A DNA stretch of 25,858 nucleotides from Desulfobacterales bacterium. GTDB lineage: Bacteria; Desulfobacterota; Desulfobacteria; Desulfobacterales; SG8-13. Position 1 is the first letter of the stretch. Each line of letters begins with the position of its first letter. Shown in pieces: positions 18,908 to 25,858 of this stretch. The position numbers were made by a program, and so were the translations under genes. The notes under the pieces are model-generated. The model made no database searches, was not told the origin of the DNA, and worked only from the letters and a program-made list of their open reading frames with translations. The stretch is from positions 1 through 25,858 of the forward strand of contig JBATHN010000072.1 in assembly GCA_049666885.1 (NCBI GenBank), written 5' to 3'.

Positions 18908-21900
18908 TCAGGTCTCGATACTGCCCATCACGTGGAGTATTCCGGCAATCGGTATCCTGACCCAGTCGGGACGATTGTTCAGTTCGTATCCCAGTTCGTA
19001 GATGGCCTTTTCCAGCAGGTAGCTTTCCAGGAGCACTCGCACCTCATCGGCGTTTGACGGGAGAAAGGTGTTTTCACCGACCACGCTCAGGTATTCCTTT
19101 AGGAAGATGGCCCCCATCCACTTAAACCAATAGTCGGCCCAGGAAGTCAGGGCGGCCCGGTTTTCGGGCTGCACCCACCCGCGTGTTTCGGAAACCTGCA
19201 GCCCCGTGCAGGCGGCATAGTGAAAAGATCTGAGCATGCCGGCCACATCCCTCAGAGGAGAGCGTTTGATGCGACGTTCCGACACCGGACGGGCCGGCTC
19301 CCCTTCGAAATCGATGATCACGAAATCCTTGCCGGTGTAGAGCACCTGTCCCAGGTGGTAATCCCCGTGGATGCGGGTGCGCAGGGCCGTGATCCGGATA
19401 TCCAGCAAGCGCCGAAAGGTCTCCAGGATGGCCGATTCCTGGTCGGCCAAGGCTGTCGCATCCGGGCGGGTGTCCTCCGGCAGGTGATTCAGGCGTCGCC
19501 GCAACAGCGACAAATTGCGCCGGCAGATGGTTCGCATGGACTGGTAGAGGCTGCGTTGATACAGCTTGGTAAACCGTTCCGGTGCAAAATCGGGATCCGC
19601 GGTACCTTCGGCCAGCACCAGGTGCATTTGAGCGGTGCGCTTCGCGAGTGTTCGAACCGACGCCGGATAGAAATCCGCCAGTTCGACGACTTCACCGGGG
19701 GGGTCGCTGCGGGTCAGCTGCAGCAGTCCCGTGCGGGGTACCGGGGCCTCTTCGCGGGCGATCCCCCGGGCGATGATCTGCTCGAAATACCGTTCGAGGA
19801 TGTTCAACGTGTACTCCCAGGCATCTCCCTGGTTGGCCACGTACCCCTGCAGGAGAGCCAGCGTTGTCGGCGTCCCCTCGGGGCTGCGGTATTCGATAAA
19901 ACCGGCCACCGGAGGAATGTGGGCAAATCCTTTTTCGGTCAAGTAATGCCCGATCTGAAGATCCGGATTGACCCCCGCCTGCAGGCGACGAAACAATTTG
20001 AGGATCAGCCGGTCTCCATACAGGATCGAGGTGTTGCTCTGTTCGGCCCGCATGCTCGACGGTGCCAGTGTCTCGAAAGGCGGCCTCAGGATCTGTTGCA
20101 GGGCGGCCGTCGGGCGGGCGATTATTTCACCGAACCGTCCTCTGCCATGGCGGCGCTGTTCGATCATTTTCAGCAGGTTGTCGCAGAAGCCCATTTCAGC
20201 CGGCGCATCCAGCAGGAACCCTTCTTCCGCTTTTTGGCGGAATTTGATCCGGCCGACGACGGCTTCGGGCCGCTCGTGGATCAATTCCAGCGCGAGCCGG
20301 GCGGGAACGTAGATCAGCGGCAGCACATAGATTTCGCTTTCGCTGGCGACGTAGTCGATCCGTAGGAAAACGAAAACCGCATCTTGCCCTCCGTCCGGCA
20401 GCGGGAACCATTCCTGGATGCGGGCCTGTTTGATCTGCCGGGCCTTGCCGCCGAACCAGCGCTTGGAACGCACGTAAGCGGGCAATACCTTTTCGAGCCG
20501 GGGCCTGGCGCGTTCCGCGAGAACCTCCTGCCAGCTTGCCACGCACTCGAAAAGAGGGGGTTCGCCGGCGGTCTCCGGGACGGTGCGGTCGGCCTCGGTG
20601 CGGACAGCGGCCGGCTGCAGATAAAACCAGTAAAACGAATGCGGCCCGATAGTCAGGGAATAGGGGGATTTGTCGATGGATGGAAATTCGGTCAAGCCGA
20701 ACATCTCCACCGGTGTCGTCTTTATGTAAGCCGACAGGTCGAGCTCGACGAACTGGACAAAACGCGACAGGTTGGCAACCACCAGCAGGTTTTGGTCCTC
20801 GTGGCTGCGGACAAACGCCAGGATGGTTTGGTTTTCGGGATGCAGAAACGTCAGGGTGCCCCGGCTGAACGCCTTGAACCGCTTGCGCAGCGAAATCAGT
20901 CGTCGCATCCACCACAGCAGAGAATGGTGGTTGCTGTCCTGGGATTCGACGTTGATGACGTCGAAATGGAACTCGGGATTTACGATGATCGGCAAATACA
21001 ATTGTTGGGGATTGGCCCGCGAAAAGCCGGCGTTGCGATCGGGACTCCACTGCATCGGAGTTCGGACGCCGTTGCGGTCCCCTAGAAATATGTTGTCTCC
21101 CATGCCGATTTCGTCGCCGTAGTAGATCACCGGGGTTCCCGGCAGCGACAGCAGCAAACCGTTCATCAGTTCGATCCGCCGACGGTGGTTTGCCAGCAAG
21201 GGGGCCAGACGCCGGCGGATACCCAGGTTCAGCCGCATCTGCGGGTTGTCCGCGTAGACGCGGTACATGTAATCCCGTTCTTCATCGGTGACCATCTCAA
21301 GGGTCAGTTCGTCGTGATTGCGAAGAAAAATGGCCCATTGACAGACGTCCGGAATATCCGGCGTCTGTTCCAGGATGTCGATGACGGGAAAGTTGTCCTC
21401 CATGCGCAAAGCCATGAAAAGCCGCGGCATCAGCGGAAAGTGAAAATTCATGTGCCCCTCGTCTCCGTCTCCGAAATAAGCCGTCGCATCTTCGGGCCAT
21501 TGATTGGCTTCGCACAGAAGCATGCGGTTGTTGTACCGGCCGTCAATGTGCGCCCTCAATTTCTTCAGGAAGGTGTGGGTTTCCGGCAGGTTTTCACAGT
21601 TTGTGCCTTCGCGTTCATAAAGATAGGGCACCGCGTCCAGGCGCAAACCGTCGACGCCAATTTTTAGCCAGAAGTCGAGCACCCGCAGAACGGCCTTGTG
21701 CACCTGGGGGTTGTCGAAATTGAGGTCCGGCTGATGGGAGTAAAACCGGTGCCAGTAGTAGGCGTTGGCGGTCGAATCCCATGACCAGTTGGACGGCTCG
21801 AAATCCTGAAAAATGATGCGCGCCTCCTGGTATTTTTCCCAGGTATCGCTCCAGACGTAAAAATTTCTCCGGCTGCTTCCGGCCGGTGCCTTGCGGGCCT

Positions 21901-22273
21901 GCTGAAACCAGTCGTGCTGGTCGGATGTGTGATTGATCACCAGCTCGGTGATCACCCGCAGACCGCGCTGGTGGGCGGAGCGCAGGAATGCTTTGAAATC
22001 ATTGAGGTTGCCGTAAGACGGGTGGATACCGCAGTACTCGGAAATGTCATAGCCGTCATCGCGGAGCGGTGAAGGGTAAAACGGCAGCAGCCATATCGCT
22101 GTTACCCCCAGGCTTTGCAAATAGTCGAGTTTTTGACTCAGCCCTTTGAAGTCGCCGATTCCATCCCCGTCGCTGTCCATGAAGGCCTTGACGTGCAGTT
22201 GGTAGATAATGGCATCCTTGTACCAGAGCGGATCGTCTTCGAGTGCGGGATTCTTGCCGGGATGCAATGCCAT
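18908..22273 (-). CDS. treS: Trehalose synthase-maltokinase fusion (TreS-Mak/Pep2)
   Basis: N-terminal TreS motifs 'WYKDAIIYQLHV', 'RLDAVPYL', 'EANQWP', 'RNHDELTLE' and 'GIRRRLAPL'. C-terminal maltokinase motifs 'RWFGGKAR', 'EQSNTS', 'RIHGDYHLGQVL' and 'DFEGEP'. Confidence 0.96.
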   Translation of the reverse strand: MALHPGKNPALEDDPLWYKDAIIYQLHVKAFMDSDGDGIGDFKGLSQKLDYLQSLGVTAIWLLPFYPSPLRDDGYDISEYCGIHPSYGNLNDFKAFLRSAHQRGLRVITELVINHTSDQHDWFQQARKAPAGSSRRNFYVWSDTWEKYQEARIIFQDFEPSNWSWDSTANAYYWHRFYSHQPDLNFDNPQVHKAVLRVLDFWLKIGVDGLRLDAVPYLYEREGTNCENLPETHTFLKKLRAHIDGRYNNRMLLCEANQWPEDATAYFGDGDEGHMNFHFPLMPRLFMALRMEDNFPVIDILEQTPDIPDVCQWAIFLRNHDELTLEMVTDEERDYMYRVYADNPQMRLNLGIRRRLAPLLANHRRRIELMNGLLLSLPGTPVIYYGDEIGMGDNIFLGDRNGVRTPMQWSPDRNAGFSRANPQQLYLPIIVNPEFHFDVINVESQDSNHHSLLWWMRRLISLRKRFKAFSRGTLTFLHPENQTILAFVRSHEDQNLLVVANLSRFVQFVELDLSAYIKTTPVEMFGLTEFPSIDKSPYSLTIGPHSFYWFYLQPAAVRTEADRTVPETAGEPPLFECVASWQEVLAERARPRLEKVLPAYVRSKRWFGGKARQIKQARIQEWFPLPDGGQDAVFVFLRIDYVASESEIYVLPLIYVPARLALELIHERPEAVVGRIKFRQKAEEGFLLDAPAEMGFCDNLLKMIEQRRHGRGRFGEIIARPTAALQQILRPPFETLAPSSMRAEQSNTSILYGDRLILKLFRRLQAGVNPDLQIGHYLTEKGFAHIPPVAGFIEYRSPEGTPTTLALLQGYVANQGDAWEYTLNILERYFEQIIARGIAREEAPVPRTGLLQLTRSDPPGEVVELADFYPASVRTLAKRTAQMHLVLAEGTADPDFAPERFTKLYQRSLYQSMRTICRRNLSLLRRRLNHLPEDTRPDATALADQESAILETFRRLLDIRITALRTRIHGDYHLGQVLYTGKDFVIIDFEGEPARPVSERRIKRSPLRDVAGMLRSFHYAACTGLQVSETRGWVQPENRAALTSWADYWFKWMGAIFLKEYLSVVGENTFLPSNADEVRVLLESYLLEKAIYELGYELNNRPDWVRIPIAGILHVMGSIET

Positions 22274-22285
22274 GAACTTTCTCCT

Positions 22286-24322
22286 TTACATGAAGTAATC
22301 AAAATCCCGTTCGGTGCGCACTTTTTTACGGATTCTGAAAATGTGCGCCGGCATCACCTGAGGATTCAGCTCGATGTAATTGCGCCCGCCGTGCCACAGG
22401 TAGCGCGCGTCACTGAGCAAATCATGTACCTGAAACGGCAGCTGGGGCTCCAGTTGCAACTCCCCCAACGCTATATCCACCCAGCCACTGTGGGTGTGAT
22501 GCGGATCGAGGTTTGCCACCACCAGGACGATGTTGGAACGGTCTTCGGTGTACTTGCCGAAGCTGATGAGCTGTTCGTTGTCTACAGGGATGAAAAAAAG
22601 GTTCCGGTCCTGCTGCAGGGCCGGATTTTCACGACGGATACGGTTGACCCGCGCAATCAAGTCCTTCAGGCTGTCGGGCCGATTTGTGTCCCAGAAGCGG
22701 ATCTGGTATTTTTCGGAATCGTTGTACTCCTCCGTGCCGATCTTAATCGGGGTGTCGGTTATTTGTTCGAAAGCGGGGCCGTAAATGCCGAAATTGGCTC
22801 CCAGGGTGGCTGCCAGGATAAGTCGCACGATAAAGGCCGGTCTGCCACCGGTTTGAAGGTATTCGGTCAGAATATCGGGTGTGTTGGGCCACAGATTGGG
22901 CCAGAAAAACTCTGCCGCGGAGGAGGTTGTCAATTCCTCGAAATACTCCTCCAATTCCCACTTCGTGTTGCGCCAGGCAAAGTAGGTATACGACTGCGTA
23001 AACCCAAGCTGGGCCAGGCGATACATGATTTTCGGCCGGGTGAATGCCTCCGCCAGGAAAACGACCTCCGGAGAATTGACCTTGACTGTGTGGATCAGCC
23101 ATTCCCAGAACGAAAAAGACTTGGTGTGCGGGTTGTCCACCCGAAAAATTCGCACCCCCTGCTCGATCCAATACTGCACGACGCTCGGCAGTTCGTCAAA
23201 GAGGCTTTGCCATGCATCGCATTCGAAATCGAAGGGGATAATATCCTCGTACTTTTTGGGAGGATTTTCTGCGAACTGGACTGTTCCGTCCGGCCGCTGC
23301 CGAAACCATTCGGGGTGTTCCCTGACGTAGGGATGGTCAGGTGAACACTGGAAGGCCAGGTCCAGGGCGATGTCGATTCCAGATTCAGCGGCTTTTTGCA
23401 CGAGGCGTCGAAAATCATCCGGAGTTCCCAGAAGGGGGTGGACGGCTTTATGGCCGCCCTCCTGACTCCCGATGGCCCAGGGACTGCCGACGTCGTCCGG
23501 CTCAGCGACGGTTGCATTGTTCCGGCCCTTGCGGTTGGTTTCACCAATGGGGTGAATCGGCGGCAGGTACAGGACGTTGAAACCCATGGCGGCAATGTAG
23601 GGCAGGCGATTTTCACAATCCTTGAACGTGCCGTGCCGGTCCGGCTCCGCCGCCGCCGAGCGCGGAAACATCTCGTACCAGCTGCCGAAGCGCCCGCGCC
23701 GCGGTTCCACCACCACGACCAACTGTTTATGATAGGTGGTGGCAAAGCGCCGGTCCGGGTTCATGATCATCAGCCGCAGCAAATCCCGGTTGAACGCCAT
23801 CCGGATTTTCACTTCCGTGACGCGGTCCCCCCTCAGGATGTCACCGTATCGTCTCAGCCGCGCGGCATCCTCCTCTTTTGCCCGGGATGCGGCGTTTTCA
23901 ATCAGCTCCGCTCCCGCGAGCAGGTCCACCGCCACATCCTGACCGGCGGCGACCTTTTTTTGCAGGTCCCGCCGCCAGGTCTTGAATCGGTCCACCCAGG
24001 CCTGCAGCGTATAAACATACCGTCCGAGTTCATCCACCAGGAAAGAGCCTTGCCAACGATCATTGACCAGCGACCGCATGGGCAGAACGTTCCAGCGGTT
24101 GTCTTTCTGTCTGCGGACCAACAGCAAGGCCGACAGGGCGTCGTGGCTGTCGGCGAAGATGTCCGCTTCCACGCGCACCCTTTCGTCGCGGGCCCGTTTG
24201 ATGGGATATCTCCCATCGGCAATTTCCGGCTCAACGCCGCTGATGACGACCCGCTGTCTGGCGTAAATCGATTGCTGTTGTAGTTTACTGGCGACTGCCT
24301 CTTTATTGGTTTCTCGACCCAT
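22286..24322 (-). CDS. glgE: Alpha-1,4-glucan:maltose-1-phosphate maltosyltransferase
   Basis: 'WYEMFPRS', 'YLPPIHPIG', 'GSPWAIG', 'ENPPKKYEDI', 'FRVDNPHTK', 'LAEAFTRP' and 'NTPDIL'. ATG 24322 follows GGAGAGG; the ORF-track start at 24460 is probably too long. Confidence 0.96.
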   Translation of the reverse strand: MGRETNKEAVASKLQQQSIYARQRVVISGVEPEIADGRYPIKRARDERVRVEADIFADSHDALSALLLVRRQKDNRWNVLPMRSLVNDRWQGSFLVDELGRYVYTLQAWVDRFKTWRRDLQKKVAAGQDVAVDLLAGAELIENAASRAKEEDAARLRRYGDILRGDRVTEVKIRMAFNRDLLRLMIMNPDRRFATTYHKQLVVVVEPRRGRFGSWYEMFPRSAAAEPDRHGTFKDCENRLPYIAAMGFNVLYLPPIHPIGETNRKGRNNATVAEPDDVGSPWAIGSQEGGHKAVHPLLGTPDDFRRLVQKAAESGIDIALDLAFQCSPDHPYVREHPEWFRQRPDGTVQFAENPPKKYEDIIPFDFECDAWQSLFDELPSVVQYWIEQGVRIFRVDNPHTKSFSFWEWLIHTVKVNSPEVVFLAEAFTRPKIMYRLAQLGFTQSYTYFAWRNTKWELEEYFEELTTSSAAEFFWPNLWPNTPDILTEYLQTGGRPAFIVRLILAATLGANFGIYGPAFEQITDTPIKIGTEEYNDSEKYQIRFWDTNRPDSLKDLIARVNRIRRENPALQQDRNLFFIPVDNEQLISFGKYTEDRSNIVLVVANLDPHHTHSGWVDIALGELQLEPQLPFQVHDLLSDARYLWHGGRNYIELNPQVMPAHIFRIRKKVRTERDFDYFM

Positions 24323-24547
24323 TGGATTTCCTCTCCAGTTCACTCGGATTTTCCGTGCGGGGCCGCTGTCACGCCCTCGACGGTGATCTAATATTTCAGT
24401 TAATTTAAACATAACCGTCAGGGCAGGCGTATAGGCAATAAGGAGTATATCCAGCCCCAAAACCCTGTATATTGAAAGGTTAACCGGTTAATCGCGGGGC
24501 TGTAGCTTGGCGCTTTATCAACTGTGGGACATGGATCCAGCTAACCG

Positions 24548-24574
24548 GGTCAGTTGGATCAGTTAGGTCAGTTT
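24548..24574. repeat. Three tandem 9-bp repeats (GGTCAGTTG / GATCAGTTA / GGTCAGTTT)
   Basis: TCAGTT occurs at 24550, 24559 and 24568 (period 9). Confidence 0.7.
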
Positions 24575-24624
24575 AACCGTTCTTATAGACTAGTGCCCAT
24601 CCCCGGTTTTATTAGGGGCACTGA

Positions 24625-24813
24625 CTATTTTCCGATCCAGAAATCGCCATTTTCTGCAAGTTCAAGGAAATCGGCGGCGTTGCGCGGAGGCGTACTCGTG
24701 TACGCCGCACAAGCGATTCCGTAGACCTGTCACGTCTTTAGCGTGATTGACGCCGACCTGTCCCGAAGCAGGCGGGGAATTGCTGAAAAGGGCCATTGAT
24801 GGACGGAAACTAG
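24625..24813. mobile_element. Non-autonomous MITE-like palindromic element (189 bp)
   Basis: Left end CTATTTTCCGATCCAGAAATCGCCATTTTCTGCAA versus reverse-complemented right end CTAGTTTCCG-TCCATCAATGGCCCTTTTCAGCAA gives 28 of 35 aligned columns identical. Central hairpin GGCGTAC-TCGT-GTACGCC at 24689-24706. No ORF. Confidence 0.75.
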
Positions 24814-24929
24814 ACTAAACCGACAAAACTGACTCTACCACCCTCTACGGTGTATTTTATAGACAGTTTCGTATATACTGAATACGGAACAAAATGAAAA
24901 CATTTATTATTTTCTTACCCGGGGGTTCC

Positions 24930-25858
24930 ATGGAAGTTCTGTTCGTAGCGACCGAAAACGGTGCCATTGAAGGCGGCAAGGTCGGTGGTATCGGCGATGT
25001 GATTCGCGATCTGCCCGCCGGCCTTAGCGGCACACGGCTGCCGTGTGACCGTCGTGATCCCGTCTCACGGTTACTTGCATCTCGGCCTCGACTCGACAAG
25101 AATCGGGGCCTGTCGGTTCTTGTTTCGCGGAGAACTTCAAACGGCCGATATTTTTGAAGTCTTTCCTCCGAACGGTTCGCCCGGTGTGACTCAGCTGGTG
25201 ATTCACCATTCGACTTTGAGTGCCGTCGATGCCTCGAGCGGTACATACCACATTTATATGCACGATCCACCCGACACGCCTTTTTTTACCGACGGTTCGC
25301 GCTTCGCCTTTTTCAGTGCCGCCGTTGTCGCCGCGGTTTCCCGGAAAGTGATCGGGACGTTCGACGTCATTCACTTGCACGACTGACACGCGGCTCTCGT
25401 GGCCCTGCTGGGACAGTTTCACCCGGATTTCTCGGCAATTCGGAACTGCCGCAGCGTGTTTAGCATCCACAACCTGGCATTCCAAGGCGTGCGGCCGTTG
25501 CGGGGCGGTGCATCGCCCCTGGAAGACTGGTTTCCTGGACTGCACTACGATTGGGCCACGGTGGCTGACCCCCGTTGACCCGATTGCATCAATCTAATGG
25601 CGGTGGGAATCGGCCTGGCGTATCGGGTTCACACAGTTTCCCTCTCCTACGCGAGGGATATCCGGCAACCGAGCCGCAAACCGCAGTTTTACGGTGGAGA
25701 AGGCCTCGAAGCCGACCTGGAACAGGTTCATCGGGAGGGCCAACCCTGCCTGGTGCATGCCGTCGGCGGTTTGAAAGACACAGATGACGACGGACGGTAC
25801 GGCTTTACCTTCTCCGGCGACACCATCGAGAAACAGGTGGACGACTTTGTCTGCGCGA
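24930..25858 (+). pseudogene. glgA: Glycogen/starch synthase (GT5) pseudogene, runs off the window end
   Basis: MEVLFVATEN...GGKVGGIGDVIRDLP carries the KxGG motif. There is a +1 frameshift near 25014-25020, then 'VIHLHD*H' (TGA 25384-25386), 'VFSIHNLAFQG', 'DPR*PDC' (TGA 25576-25578), 'VHTVSLSYA' and 'GEGLEADL'. The frame then jumps directly to 'QPCLVHAVGGLKDT'. Confidence 0.92.

Noticed and set aside
18908..22273. TreS-maltokinase fusion as a novelty
   Set aside because: This fusion is well known in proteobacterial GlgE-pathway clusters.
24548..24835. CRISPR array
   Set aside because: The repeats are 9 bp or non-identical 21-mers without regular 30-40 bp spacers, and no cas genes are present.
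25384..25578. TGA recoded as Trp or selenocysteine in glgA
   Set aside because: TGA terminates intact genes here (livH, livM, livG, livF, treY), TGG is used for Trp in the same frame, and the gene also has a frameshift and lacks its catalytic motif.

Overview
The window has three parts. (1) 1-5748 (+) holds the 3' part of a branched-chain-amino-acid-type (Liv/HAAT) ABC transporter operon: binding protein, two permeases and two ATPases, followed by an M20 (ArgE/DapE/YgeY-like) metallohydrolase. (2) About 5750-8060 is an AT-richer accessory patch. It has a sigma54-type promoter, a hairpin-rich leader and a probably truncated secreted protein. A compact run of gene remnants follows (unassigned fragment, CBS-pair fragment, PfpI/DJ-1 C-terminus, frameshifted small coiled-coil gene). 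(3) 8067-24322 (-) is an apparently intact seven-gene trehalose/alpha-glucan cluster: glgE, treS-maltokinase fusion, glgB, treZ, GH57/DUF3536, treY, malQ. Divergent from it is a heavily decayed glgA-type glycogen synthase (frameshift, two TGA stops at probable Trp positions, large in-frame deletion). The intervening region contains a 189-bp MITE-like palindromic element with two nested 21-nt hairpin units, flanked by mirrored 9-bp repeats. I found no CRISPR array, rRNA, tRNA or transposase, and no clearly new multi-gene system. The most unusual signals are the nested repeat architecture, the loss of GlgA beside an intact GlgE route, and the sigma54-driven truncated secreted protein. Family assignments come from motif recognition only; no database searches were run.
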